A DNA stretch of 64,000 nt from Candidatus Bathyarchaeota archaeon (GTDB taxonomy: Archaea > Thermoproteota > Bathyarchaeia > 40CM-2-53-6). Under the pieces are notes generated by a model. The model ran no database searches. It was not told the DNA's origin and saw only the letters and a program-made list of their open reading frames with translations. Position numbers and translations under genes: made by a program. Positions 48,949 to 58,881 of this stretch are shown piece by piece (the stretch's first letter is position 1; each line of letters opens with the position of its first letter). The stretch lies in contig CAVTBR010000001.1 in NCBI GenBank assembly GCA_963733055.1, positions 288,001 to 352,000 on the forward strand, given 5' to 3'.

Positions 48949-49391
48949 TACTGGCCTTCCGTCTTCCTGGCACCTTTGAGAATGTCGGCGGCCATTCGGT
49001 TTAGAAGACTAATGCCCTCGGCTGTGAGTTTTCTGCCTTGTTTCGCCTCGATTGATATGAAACCGGCCTTCTGGAGTTGCTGCAACGGTTCCCGGATAGC
49101 TGAACCACCCGAAACGCGAGAATGTTCAATATGAGTCCCATGGCGAAGGCGCCCCCCGTATTCGACCCGTAGACGAGCTATCCCGACCGGACCGTGAACG
49201 TACAATTTTCGTAGGAGTGAGGCGCAACGGGTGTACCACCAATCTGGGTTAGAGGGTGGGCGTTCCCGGTGAGATCCTGTCTTCGCGTTTGCCGCCCAAA
49301 CAGGTGGGGCGACTTCACCTACGTTCTCTTTGAGGAATTTCGACAGCCGGTCGATTAAGTCATTCGAAGGAACATCTAGTGGCGTTGGCAT
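48948..49391 (-). CDS. rps19e: 30S ribosomal protein eS19
   Basis: PPVWA..KTG, WWYTRCASLLRK, GPVG. Confidence 0.96.
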   Translation of the reverse strand: MPTPLDVPSNDLIDRLSKFLKENVGEVAPPVWAANAKTGSHRERPPSNPDWWYTRCASLLRKLYVHGPVGIARLRVEYGGRLRHGTHIEHSRVSGGSAIREPLQQLQKAGFISIEAKQGRKLTAEGISLLNRMAADILKGARKTEGQ

Positions 49392-49449
49392 GGAATTTTC
49401 CGGCTGATAGGGAAGAGGCTAGATTCGGAGAGCGCCATATAAGTTTGCT

Positions 49450-49728
49450 TTACCATTTGTATCGCGGTTTGAAGGGGACTTCAGCGCTTTTTGCAACTTT
49501 CTGAACTTCTTTTCGTTTGTAAACCGTAAAGGTGTGTCCCATAACTTCGACCAATGTCGAACCGGTAGATGCAACAACTCTTTGGGCCAAGTCAGTCGTC
49601 CCAGTCTCCGAAAGGGCCGACTTCTGAATCTTCAATTTGACTAGTTCGCGGGACTTTAACTGATTCGCCACCTGTTTCATTAAAGCCTCTGACGCGCCCT
49701 CCTTCCCAATCCAGATCGTTGGGTCCAT
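49450..49728 (-). CDS. YhbY/CRM RNA-binding protein
   Basis: PTIWIGKEG, ELVKLK, GHTFTVYK; true start probably upstream of 49728. Confidence 0.85.
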   Translation of the reverse strand: MDPTIWIGKEGASEALMKQVANQLKSRELVKLKIQKSALSETGTTDLAQRVVASTGSTLVEVMGHTFTVYKRKEVQKVAKSAEVPFKPRYKW

Positions 49729-49754
49729 TTTTCTCGACCTGGATTGTAGTCGTC

Positions 49755-50111
49755 TTAACCGTTTTGTTTCGAACGCCGTTCCCTCACTGTTGGGTATCTC
49801 TTCTTTGTTCCGCAATCCAGGCAGGTAATTAAGACCGTTGTCCCAGCTTCGGATCTCGTCCTCACTCGACAATTCACCCCAGGAACAAGAAAGCTTCCGC
49901 AACCTTTGCAGATTCTGAGTTTTTGTTCCCTCGTTAATCGAACGCCGGCCTTCATGCCGACTTTCTGTGCGAGTTCGATGTACCGTTTCGCGAGGGTTGG
50001 ATCGGAGGGGAAGGTTGTCTTGGCTTGATTGAATAGGATCTCTATTCTCTGGCGTGCAATCTCCCTTACGTTTCCACCCCGTCTCCAAGCCAAGGAACCA
50101 ACTCGCCCCAA
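49755..50111 (-). CDS. rnp4: RNase P protein component 4 (Rpp21)
   Basis: IARQRIEIL, CKGC..LVPG, CLDCG..RYP. Confidence 0.92.
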   Translation of the reverse strand: MGRVGSLAWRRGGNVREIARQRIEILFNQAKTTFPSDPTLAKRYIELAQKVGMKAGVRLTREQKLRICKGCGSFLVPGVNCRVRTRSEAGTTVLITCLDCGTKKRYPTVRERRSKQNG

Positions 50112-50175
50112 CTCTCTCGAAATGGTCTTGTAACCTTTTTGTGGGCTGGCTGGAGAGAGTTAGTCTGATGCATCG

Positions 50176-50898
50176 TTGGCCTTGACCTTCGTACTAGTCG
50201 AATCGGCTCTTCAACTTGTTCCACATGAGATTCAATCGCATCCACAAATCAAAAGCTACGCTGAGCGGCGAGAGAAGAAACCGAACGAAGTCCTGCTTGA
50301 CCGAGCGTTCCACCATGCCGCGATGCAGAAACTGGCACGGAAAGGGTACCGTGTCCCGGTGGAAAAGATGGGTAGGCCGGATATAGTTCACAACGTTCTG
50401 CTTCAGATTCTTGAGACTCCCCTCAACTGGGAGGGAGGGCTACGCGTTTTCGTTCACACCCAAGACGGTTACGTGATTTCAGTAAACCCCAAGATACGCC
50501 TGCCAAAGAACTACGTCCGATTTGACGGGCTTATCGAGCAGCTGTTCGCCCAGAAACGAGTCCCGGAGGAGGGAGAACCGTTGATGCAGATCGAGAAGAG
50601 CACGTTGAATCAACTCGTGCGCAATGTTGGGGTGAGCGATGTGCTTGGATTCAGCATCCTCGGGAAACCAACCCTGATGCGTAGTGTCGCCGAACGCGCA
50701 AGCAAACTCCAGAACCCCGCGGTGTTCGTCGGTGGTTTCCCGCGTGGGCATTTTCGAGACAAGACGCGAAGCCTGTTAAACGAGATATGGTCCGTGGACC
50801 GTGAATCACTGGACGCTTGGGTGGTCGCGGGCCGTTTCGTTTATGACTTCGAATGGTGCATAGGCGTCGCCCAGAACCGAACGAAGAAACCGAAATGA
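50176..50898 (+). CDS. nep1: rRNA small-subunit methyltransferase Nep1
   Basis: LLDRAFHH, GRPDIVH, RLPKNY.RF, GGFPRGHF. Confidence 0.93.
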   Translation: MALTFVLVESALQLVPHEIQSHPQIKSYAERREKKPNEVLLDRAFHHAAMQKLARKGYRVPVEKMGRPDIVHNVLLQILETPLNWEGGLRVFVHTQDGYVISVNPKIRLPKNYVRFDGLIEQLFAQKRVPEEGEPLMQIEKSTLNQLVRNVGVSDVLGFSILGKPTLMRSVAERASKLQNPAVFVGGFPRGHFRDKTRSLLNEIWSVDRESLDAWVVAGRFVYDFEWCIGVAQNRTKKPK

Positions 50899-51279
50899 TT
50901 GCTTATGACCAATGACTCGGAGCTAGAACGGCTGAAGCGTCAACGCTTAGCAGATATGCAGAAGCGGATGACAGCGAAGCAACAGAGCACCTCCGCGCCT
51001 GGAAGGACCGAACCGACTAAGGTTTTCGAAAAGGTCTTCGTGGGGCGTGCCTGGGAAGTATACCACGCAGCTAGGGCTCAATATCCGGTGATTGCGGATC
51101 AGGTTTTCCAAGAACTGGCCGGGCTAATTCAGTTTGGCCAAGTGAAGGGGCAGATAACTGGGGAACAGTTGTTCGGGTTACTTCGCCAAATTGGGATGGA
51201 TGTTCGGTTGGATACGAAGATTCAAGTTCTGGAACACGGCGAATTGAAATCAATAGCCGACAAATTCAAAGGCGGTTAA
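50899..51279 (+). CDS. Second PDCD5-like DNA-binding protein
   Basis: DSELERLK, GRAWEV, ITGEQL..LLRQIG. Confidence 0.75.
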   Translation: MLMTNDSELERLKRQRLADMQKRMTAKQQSTSAPGRTEPTKVFEKVFVGRAWEVYHAARAQYPVIADQVFQELAGLIQFGQVKGQITGEQLFGLLRQIGMDVRLDTKIQVLEHGELKSIADKFKGG

Positions 51280-51473
51280 GGCAGAGTATCCCTAGGCAGC
51301 TTCTCGGTTTCATGGGGCTTTCCGTCCCCGGGATCCACGAAGAGCTTCCCGCATTTCTCGCAACGCCAAGCTTCAAAATCCTTCACATACCCCGGAGCCG
51401 CGCTCTCTAACCGAACGTCCATGAGGTATCTGGCAACAAAATCCATCGGCAGACCGCAGTATGGACATTTCAT
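51276..51473 (-). CDS. CPxCG-type zinc-finger microprotein
   Basis: CPYCG ... CEKCG. Confidence 0.75.
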   Translation of the reverse strand: MKCPYCGLPMDFVARYLMDVRLESAAPGYVKDFEAWRCEKCGKLFVDPGDGKPHETEKLPRDTLP

Positions 51474-51630
51474 AATCTTTTCAGATTCCTATGGCTGGAC
51501 CGTTTCGACTCTATCTTCCATTCATGGTATGGACTCGCATGGAGCAGATGAATGGAAGCGTCTTGCACGAGACGGAACTCCATATATAATCTCACTATGA
51601 TACGTCGGGTAGGAAACGAGGAATTGACCA

Positions 51631-51996
51631 GTGGCGTCATCACCATCTAACTCGGAGAAAATTAGGTCGGCGGTTACTTGGCCGGCCGTTGTTTGGATCA
51701 TAACAATCGTCCTATTCAGGGTAGCCGCGCTCGTGGACCCAGCTGCGGGTGCGGAGCTTTCAGCCAATATCTACTCGATCGCTACCACCCTGGGCCTGCT
51801 GCTCGCCGTGTGGGCGGGTTTCGGAGTGAAGATGGCCAAAGGGTCGGTACAGGAAGCGATTCTTGCGGGAGTCGTTGTCGGCTTGGCGTTCGCGGTTCCC
51901 AGCGTGATCATCTTCGGCCTAGGATTTGTCGGAGCCGCGATCAACGTGACGATCTTCTCGCTCGCAGCCTCATGGGCAGCCTGGGGATTGAAGTAA
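51631..51996 (+). CDS. Small 4-TM membrane protein
   Basis: Four hydrophobic helices; TATA-like CATATATAA upstream. Confidence 0.65.
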   Translation: MASSPSNSEKIRSAVTWPAVVWIITIVLFRVAALVDPAAGAELSANIYSIATTLGLLLAVWAGFGVKMAKGSVQEAILAGVVVGLAFAVPSVIIFGLGFVGAAINVTIFSLAASWAAWGLK

Positions 51997-52214
51997 GACA
52001 AATACAGACTCCATCCCCCTTCTTTCCACGACATCCGTACCTCCCCCATTCATGCCGATCCGAAGCCGACCCCCTCGCCTGTAACTGTATGAGAGCTGCA
52101 CAACTCTTCACTGGGTAAGCGCGTACCCTTCAACCCAATCCAGTTGGAGCGGATCTGGACGGAGGGCTTTCAGTAGTTTAGGGGCTTTTGTCCACAGGGT
52201 AGGCGTGGCATTAC

Positions 52215-52233
52215 TGTATAACCCTGTTATACA
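52215..52233. promoter_or_regulatory. Perfect 8-3-8 palindrome, candidate TF site
   Basis: TGTATAAC-CCT-GTTATACA in a long intergenic region. Confidence 0.45.
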
Positions 52234-52451
52234 CTCATGTAAAGTTCAAGGGTTGTCCATCAGCCGTCGGGAAGTCCAATATGCACCGTTTGACAGCCCG
52301 ATCCACATCCAAAAGAAGACTTTACCATCGTTACGAGGGCGTTCCGGTGGGATGCCGACCATTCTTCTCTTAAGAGTACATGTCCAAGAAGTAGAATGTA
52401 CCACAAGAGCTCAAGATTGTCGGTTGCCATAGGTTACGTTAGTGATTGTAA

Positions 52452-52637
52452 TTGAGTAGGCTAGTCGTTCGACGAGGAAGCGTTAACCAAACCGCTGAAC
52501 TCGAACAGCCAGAGGTCTGCCTACACGGCGTGGTACATGAGATTGGACAAGACTTCGACAAGGAAGGGATGCTCATTCGACTCGTCCGATGCCAGAAATG
52601 CGGCCTGCTAATGCGACAATACCTCCCAACGGTATGA
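52452..52637 (+). CDS. Small zinc-ribbon-like protein
   Basis: CLH ... RCQKCG. Confidence 0.55.
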   Translation: MSRLVVRRGSVNQTAELEQPEVCLHGVVHEIGQDFDKEGMLIRLVRCQKCGLLMRQYLPTV

Positions 52638-52779
52638 AGCATCAGAATCCGAGAGACCTCGCACAGGGACACACGTTACAGGCGCTCCAACGCGGTATCC
52701 TCCTACTTCCCATACGCTGATTTCCAACGTCCATACGGGCTCAGCGTTCTTATAGGGAACCATAAGCCGCCCACCCTCG

Positions 52780-53061
52780 ATGGAGGGAGTTGCTTTGGCG
52801 CGGCTTCTCGCTTTCATAAACATCTTTGTGGAGCCACATTCCCTGGAGGCTGTGACCAAAGCTCTATCTGAATTCTCCAACGTAGAGGAAGTCTATGAGG
52901 TTACGGGAGAGTTCGACATTGTCTCGCTCGTCTCTACAGCGGATATAGAGGAATTTGGAGATTTCTTGAAGCACAAGGTCTTGAAAATACCAGGCGTAAG
53001 GAGCACTGTGACCTCGATCGTATTTAACGTCGATAAAGGTCCTCAAGAACGCCAGCGCTGA
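52780..53061 (+). CDS. Stand-alone Lrp/AsnC ligand-binding domain protein
   Basis: VYEVTGEFDI, IPGVRSTVTSIV. Confidence 0.9.
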   Translation: MEGVALARLLAFINIFVEPHSLEAVTKALSEFSNVEEVYEVTGEFDIVSLVSTADIEEFGDFLKHKVLKIPGVRSTVTSIVFNVDKGPQERQR

Positions 53062-53213
53062 ACATTCGAAGTAACGACTATCCAATTTGGCAAACAACGA
53101 CCTGTCTTAAATCAGGATGGACGAGCGCCTTTTTGTTGAAATCATCCGGATTGATTGACCAGGATGACGCCGCACTTCCGTTCCTTTCGTAACCTAATAA
53201 TCTCCGAGAATGT

Positions 53214-54431
53214 ATGAACGCAGGAGATGGACCTTTGGATACGTCGGCGAGTTCGAATGCTTTGGCTCGGCGTTCTCTCGGCTTGGTCGCTTGTGCTGCA
53301 ATGCTATTCTCGATGACGGTGCCTCCTTTCGTTGCGTCTGAGACATTGATCGTGAAAATCTATCCATATCTTTCAAGTCTCCCAGTCCTAGCATCCCTGC
53401 CTCTAGCAGCGGCTCTGACTGCCAGTGTCGCTTCCGTTGGGTTCCTGATCCTTTTGACTGGAGCGTTGCTCGGGATTGTGTTCTTTGGGCTCAGACTTGA
53501 CCTCGGGAAGGCCCGTGCCTCGATGGTGTTGTCGGCAGTCGGTTTACTGCTGATTAGCATTAGCCTCTTCAGTTACGGCGGGAGCATCGTGAGCGAGATT
53601 CTCACGATTTCTTGGGTTGGGACATGGCCAGAGTTAGGAGTATTTGGGACGGGATATCTTGTTTCCTGGGTTGCAATCATCGTCGGATTCCTAGTATCAG
53701 ATGTGAGGCGAGGCCGAGCTCGATCCGCTCAATACGTCCGGCCAAGCCCCGTTTCGCAGCCGAAGATGTTGGAAAGCGCCGTCCCGACTGGCTATGTCGC
53801 GCTCGATAACGTCCTGAATGGCGGGCTCCCTGCAGGAACGAGCGTAGTACTGACCAGCCCTTCGTGCGACGAGAAAGACGTGATAATTCATCGTCTTCTC
53901 GATACCGCCCTCATGCATAACCACCCTTGCATCTTCATTTCTAGTTCCCTCGACCACATCCGTGACCTTCTTCCCAAATATCGACGGTTGCTCTTCTTGA
54001 TAGTCTGCAATCCGCAAGCTGACGTGCTCACCGTGGGTCTTCCTGAAGCTGTCAAGCTCAAGACATTGGACAGTTTGACCGAACTAAACCTAGGAATCAG
54101 TAACGCGCTGAGCAAGATGAATGCGTCGTATGGCGCAGTTCTCTGTTTAGAGACTTTGGACGACATTCTTCTTACTCATCATGCTGCAACGAGAAGGTGG
54201 TTGATGGACATACTAACACGAATCAAAGCAGACCGAGTGACCTGCATAGCAACACTCAACCCCGCCATGCATCCGCAGACCGAGACGCAGGGCGTGCTCG
54301 AAACATTCGACGGACAAATCGATCTGTACGAGGCTGAAATACAGGTTCGCCCAAAACTAATCCGAGTCAGGAGACTAGGCGGCCGAAAATTCACTGACAC
54401 TGAATTACGAGTAGACAAAGATAGGATCTAA
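53214..54431 (+). CDS. Membrane-anchored KaiC/RAD55-like protein with degenerate Walker A
   Basis: N-terminal TM helices; PTGYVALDNVLNGGLP, LTSPSCDEKD, FDGQIDL. Confidence 0.8.
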   Translation: MNAGDGPLDTSASSNALARRSLGLVACAAMLFSMTVPPFVASETLIVKIYPYLSSLPVLASLPLAAALTASVASVGFLILLTGALLGIVFFGLRLDLGKARASMVLSAVGLLLISISLFSYGGSIVSEILTISWVGTWPELGVFGTGYLVSWVAIIVGFLVSDVRRGRARSAQYVRPSPVSQPKMLESAVPTGYVALDNVLNGGLPAGTSVVLTSPSCDEKDVIIHRLLDTALMHNHPCIFISSSLDHIRDLLPKYRRLLFLIVCNPQADVLTVGLPEAVKLKTLDSLTELNLGISNALSKMNASYGAVLCLETLDDILLTHHAATRRWLMDILTRIKADRVTCIATLNPAMHPQTETQGVLETFDGQIDLYEAEIQVRPKLIRVRRLGGRKFTDTELRVDKDRI

Positions 54432-54485
54432 GGACACTTGGTCACGAGCTGAGTCGTCGTCGTTATGGAAAGTGTGTGAGTCTGG

Positions 54486-54507
54486 TGGTGCGCACACATA
54501 CGAACGG
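54486..54507 (+). repeat. Direct repeat copy 1 (21/22 identical to 55452-55473)
   Basis: TGGTGCGCACACATACGAACGG. Confidence 0.75.
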
Positions 54508-54559
54508 GCTGAGCCACTTGTTACGACTGGGAGCCCTGTACGGCGTGTACGGTGTGTTC

Positions 54560-55066
54560 TCAGCCACCAAGCGTCTTGTAAATGTTGTAGACAAAGGTCA
54601 ATTGCGCGCCAAGTCCAATAATGAAAAGAACAAGGAATGTTGTGAGAAGAGGGGTAACAGGAGCACTTCCCATCACCAGTGCTTCGCTGGTCCCTGAACT
54701 CACAAGCGAGTCGACAACAAAACTCGTGTAAGTGGTTACCACTATGCCGATAGGGAGAGTGATGTTAGTTATCCAAAAATGAACTAATGCAAGTTTGCTG
54801 CTGTGAACCTCTTCCTTCCCGCGCATCCTAGGGACTAGATAGTAGAGGACACCAATTAAGGCAAAGCTTGCCCATCCGAGAACCATGACGTGCACTCTTG
54901 CGGTATCATGGATCGCGCTGGCTAATGTTGTAGAGGGTGATGGCAAGACCGGGGTTGGTCCAAGACCCATCCAGATCGCTCCGACAATGAAGTAGATAAG
55001 CGATATCTGAATGAATCTCACGCCAATCTGAGAGGATACTCCCTTAGCTTCTAAGACCAAGTGCAT
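54560..55066 (-). CDS. Short heme-copper oxidase subunit I-like membrane protein
   Basis: VHVMVLGWAS..IGVLYYLVP, VHFW. Confidence 0.65.
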   Translation of the reverse strand: MHLVLEAKGVSSQIGVRFIQISLIYFIVGAIWMGLGPTPVLPSPSTTLASAIHDTARVHVMVLGWASFALIGVLYYLVPRMRGKEEVHSSKLALVHFWITNITLPIGIVVTTYTSFVVDSLVSSGTSEALVMGSAPVTPLLTTFLVLFIIGLGAQLTFVYNIYKTLGG

Positions 55067-55230
55067 TCACGATCGGAGGATCAAATTGAGACCAGACTCC
55101 TTTGACGTTTTAACATTTTCTGTTAGCGATCTAAGATCCCAACCTCTGGCGACGAATTTCTTTATTCACGCGCTTTCGCCGCCAGTACAATTGAACCATC
55201 ATCGTCGTTCGTGAATGTGTATGTGTCTGG

Positions 55231-55392
55231 TGGTGCGGCCGCCGGGATTTGAACCCGGGCGTCTTCTCGCCCGTTTTCTGTGCGGGCGATCAGAAGCGTG
55301 GCAGGCTTGCGCCAGCAGATATTCTCTGCTGTTCCCGTCCTAGACCAGGTTGTCCAAACCGAATTGTGGTCGGTCTTCTAGACTACGGCCGC
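55231..55392 (-). tRNA. tRNA-Gly(GCC) with three non-canonical introns (55350-55377, ~55307-55332, 55261-55290), encoded CCA
   Basis: GCGGCCG acceptor, CT-GCC-AC loop, TTCAAAT T-loop; removing 28+26+30 nt gives 75 nt + CCA. Confidence 0.9.
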
Positions 55393-55451
55393 AACCAAGA
55401 AACAAGAGCGTTGCAACCCCGTATAAAACCATAAGCCTAGAAGCCATCTAA

Positions 55452-55473
55452 TGGTGCGCACACATACAAACGG
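55452..55473 (+). repeat. Direct repeat copy 2
   Basis: TGGTGCGCACACATACAAACGG. Confidence 0.75.
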
Positions 55474-55530
55474 CGTGCAAACGAAATCCACAACTACGGC
55501 TTCCTGTGAAGATAATCTAGTGTTCGATCT

Positions 55531-56229
55531 ATGCCGCGGATTCCATTGATCGAGGAATTAACTGCTCAACCGATACCCGCGGGTTCAGTACTACTGGTGG
55601 TCTTTGATCCATCGTCGCAATGGTATAACGCGACAACCACGATTACTGCGGCATGGTTGAAACAGGGAGGAAAAGTTGACTATAGCGCCTACGCCGAGAC
55701 GCCTGAAGCCGTCCGCCTGAAATTGGGGCGCTTAGGGGTTAACGCGGGGCAGCTAGAAGAGGAGGAGAAACTCCAGATCAACGACTGGTACACCGCAACA
55801 CTCGGGGAAAAATCTGAAGAGAAACATTCCTTCTCATCACTCAAGGTCTCCGAGCTAAGCGCATTCTTCTCCCAGCTGGAAATACGACCCGAGCCCGAAC
55901 CGGGGTGGTTGAACATCTCGGATAACACTTCCACCGTGGCGAGATTCAACGACGAAAAGAGTTGGGTAGATTATGTGCTAGCGGGGCCTATTCGAATGGG
56001 ACGCATTCGCGGACACACTATGATACGTGGCCTGATGGATGGCGTTCACAGCGACTGGGCCTACAAGCAACTGGAATCAGCCCATGACGGCATTATTGAC
56101 TTCAAGTTCGACGAATCAAGATCGCCGCCTAGAAATCAAATGAGAATAAGAACGATGCGAAACGTTCGTTTTGATGGAAGCTGGCATCAACTCAAGTTGA
56201 ACGATGACTTCGAAGTTAAGTTAAACTAA
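55531..56229 (+). CDS. KaiC/RAD55-like protein with degenerate Walker A
   Basis: IPAGSVLLVVFDPSSQW, INDWY, DGIIDFK, MRIRTMR. Confidence 0.8.
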   Translation: MPRIPLIEELTAQPIPAGSVLLVVFDPSSQWYNATTTITAAWLKQGGKVDYSAYAETPEAVRLKLGRLGVNAGQLEEEEKLQINDWYTATLGEKSEEKHSFSSLKVSELSAFFSQLEIRPEPEPGWLNISDNTSTVARFNDEKSWVDYVLAGPIRMGRIRGHTMIRGLMDGVHSDWAYKQLESAHDGIIDFKFDESRSPPRNQMRIRTMRNVRFDGSWHQLKLNDDFEVKLN

Positions 56230-56936
56230 CTATCTCGCAACCGCCTACCACGTTCGATCAACCTGAAAGGAATCGCCGAAAGTAAAGCCCCTAAGAATGG
56301 CCCGGCCAAGTAGACGTAGATGTTTGCCCAATGGCCAGATGAAAGCGCGGGCCCAATACTTCTGGCGGGATTGAAGGAAGCGCCTGTCACTTCTCCTACC
56401 GCTAAGATCAGAACGAATAAGGTTCCTCCGACGAACCCCGCTTGTCTGATCGGACGATGAACATACAACGTTGCGATCAAGGCGGCCGAGCACAGGAGAA
56501 ATGTGCCAATCGCTTCGTAAATGACTCCGAGCAAAGGCAGCACGCCCGGTGCCAATTCAGTAGCACCCAGATCAGCGGGAAACACCGTACTATTCAAGAA
56601 GAAAACTCGAAGAGTAAATGCCGCAACAATCGCCCCTAATGCCTGAAAGAATAGGTACGGCAGAATTTGGTCAGTCCGAATTTTCCTCACCAATGCATGC
56701 GCGAGGGTGACTGCTGGGTTAATGTGAGCTCCGGAATGTTTGCCGAGAAGAAAGATGACCAGAGCCACGGTTCCCCCAAAAACTCCGGCAACAAATACTA
56801 TCACAATTGTGCCTCTCAGCGCGGAACTGATCACGATCGACCCAGCGCCAAAAAGTACGAGCAAATAGGTGCCTAGAAATTCCGCGGAACACTCCCGTAT
56901 GCGTACGGACCAAGGAACTGAAACCATTATCTTCAC
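56226..56936 (-). CDS. MIP family aquaporin/aquaglyceroporin
   Basis: AEFLGT, SGAHINPAVT, GASFNPARS. Confidence 0.95.
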   Translation of the reverse strand: MKIMVSVPWSVRIRECSAEFLGTYLLVLFGAGSIVISSALRGTIVIVFVAGVFGGTVALVIFLLGKHSGAHINPAVTLAHALVRKIRTDQILPYLFFQALGAIVAAFTLRVFFLNSTVFPADLGATELAPGVLPLLGVIYEAIGTFLLCSAALIATLYVHRPIRQAGFVGGTLFVLILAVGEVTGASFNPARSIGPALSSGHWANIYVYLAGPFLGALLSAIPFRLIERGRRLRDS

Positions 56937-56945
56937 TCTTCGGAC

Positions 56946-58070
56946 CTAACTTTGTCGAAACTTCATCGACTGAGTCTGAGCTTGTAGCGGTTGTTTTAGT
57001 TTCGGTATTTGGTTGATCGTTGTTGCAGACTGTTCTTCGCTGAAGAAACGTTTTCTTGCCCAGAGGGACACGTTAACTAAGCCTATGAGTACGGGGACTT
57101 CGAAGAGTGGCCCAATCACTGCGGCGAATGCTTCCCCAGAATTGATGCCGAAAACGCCGACCGCGACTGCAATGGCGAGTTCAAAGTTGTTGCTGGCCGC
57201 AGTGAAGGATAACGTCGCCGTTTCAGGGTAATTGAATTTCCAAGCCTTAGAGATAACGAAGGACATTGTGAACATTATGAGGAAATAACTCACGAGAGGG
57301 ATTGCGATTCTTACGACATCCCATGGTAAGGCTAGGATGTACGCTCCTTTCAGAGAAAACATCACGACGATTGTGAATAGCAACCCGATCAGTGCAGTTG
57401 GGCTCAACTTTTCAACGAAGGCACTGTCGTACCAATCCTTGCCCTTCTTCCGAACCAGCACAAATCTAGTGGTGATACCGGCGATGAATGGGATACCAAG
57501 ATAGATGAAGACGGTTCGGGCGATGTCCCAAACGGAAATTGCGACGATAACCCCTGAACCATGCGCTACCCACGAGGATAGTAGCGTGATGAAAAACCAT
57601 GCATACACGGAGTAAAGTGCGACTTGAAAGAGAGAGTTGAGGGCTACGAGAACGGCAGCATATTCATTGTCGCCTCCCGCGAGCATATTCCACACGAGAA
57701 CCATGGCGATACACCTTGCCAACCCCACGATGATGATACCAATTCGGTATTCGGGCAAGTCTGGTAGGAACAGCCATGCCAGACCGAACATCAAGAAAGG
57801 CCCAACCAACCAGTTCTGGAACAGGGAAACGCCGAACATCTTCCATGCCTTTCCCACCTTCGAGAGCTCATCGTACTTGACGCGAGCTAAGGGGGGGTAC
57901 ATCATCCACAATAAGCCGAATGCGATTGGAAGCGAAATTGTGCCAACGCTCAAAGTTTCGAGAAGTTTCGCTAGCTGCGGAAAAAGACTCCCTGCGCCCA
58001 CTCCGATAGCCATCGCTAAGAAAATCCACACAGTAAGGAATCTGTCCAGAATCGAAAGCCGTTGCGTCAG
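56946..58070 (-). CDS. acr3: Acr3 arsenite efflux transporter
   Basis: [12 protein letters not shown] in frame upstream of the track start, [31 protein letters not shown]. Confidence 0.95.
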   Translation of the reverse strand: MTQRLSILDRFLTVWIFLAMAIGVGAGSLFPQLAKLLETLSVGTISLPIAFGLLWMMYPPLARVKYDELSKVGKAWKMFGVSLFQNWLVGPFLMFGLAWLFLPDLPEYRIGIIIVGLARCIAMVLVWNMLAGGDNEYAAVLVALNSLFQVALYSVYAWFFITLLSSWVAHGSGVIVAISVWDIARTVFIYLGIPFIAGITTRFVLVRKKGKDWYDSAFVEKLSPTALIGLLFTIVVMFSLKGAYILALPWDVVRIAIPLVSYFLIMFTMSFVISKAWKFNYPETATLSFTAASNNFELAIAVAVGVFGINSGEAFAAVIGPLFEVPVLIGLVNVSLWARKRFFSEEQSATTINQIPKLKQPLQAQTQSMKFRQS

Positions 58071-58123
58071 CTCGGGCTACCCCCGGTCATCGCTTCGTGC
58101 GGCAGTGTATCGAGTGGAGCGGA

Positions 58124-58855
58124 TTAGCTAGGTTTCGTAGCCTTCCATGCCACACTTTTCACTTGGAGCCCTTTCCAGCTCGCTTCGTTTATGGGGTGTG
58201 ACTCGTCCGACCCTTCGATACCTATGAATCCCGACTTTTCCAGCAGTCCTCTATACTCATTGAATGTGACGGCGCCCGCGATGCACTCTGACCACTCCTC
58301 TAGATTAACCGCCTTTCGACCTTCCTCCTTTGCTACCATATCCGCGACTGAGATTCTTCCGCCTGGTTTGAGGACGCGAAAAATCTCACGAAACGCCGAT
58401 TGCTTGTCCGGAACTAAGTTCAGGACGCAGTTGCTTATCACTAGATCCACCGAACTGCCCTCAATGGGCATGTGCTCGATCTCGCCCAATCGAAACTCAA
58501 CGTTCTTGTAACCATGCTTCGTAGCGGTTTCACGTGCTCTAAAGATCATCTCGGGCGTCGCGTCAAGGCCAATAACTCTTCCCGTCGTCCCGACCAGTTT
58601 CGAAGCACGAAACACGTCAATGCCTCCGCCGCTTCCCAAATCGAGTACGGTCTCGCCTTCGCGTGCCTGCACGTGGGTTAAGGGGCTCCCACAGCTCGCC
58701 ACGACGTTAGCCGCCTCCTCGGGTATGTCCTTTTCAATTGTCGATGAACTGCAACAGGTCCCAACCTGATCTCCGCAACATGATTCATTCAGTACTGCCA
58801 ATTGTCCGTATCTTTTCCTAACGGCATTCTTGATTTGTTCCTCGTTTAGGCTCAT
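58124..58855 (-). CDS. arsM: Arsenite methyltransferase
   Basis: N-terminal CC pairs, SCGSP, LDLGSGGGID, SNCVLNL, ECIAGA. Confidence 0.92.
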   Translation of the reverse strand: MSLNEEQIKNAVRKRYGQLAVLNESCCGDQVGTCCSSSTIEKDIPEEAANVVASCGSPLTHVQAREGETVLDLGSGGGIDVFRASKLVGTTGRVIGLDATPEMIFRARETATKHGYKNVEFRLGEIEHMPIEGSSVDLVISNCVLNLVPDKQSAFREIFRVLKPGGRISVADMVAKEEGRKAVNLEEWSECIAGAVTFNEYRGLLEKSGFIGIEGSDESHPINEASWKGLQVKSVAWKATKPS

Positions 58856-58881
58856 GCTTCTTCTGCTCCAACAGTACGAAG

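Noticed and set aside
52136-52170. ORB-like replication origin motif (TCCAGTTGGA)
   Set aside because: Single weak match and no cdc6/orc1 gene nearby
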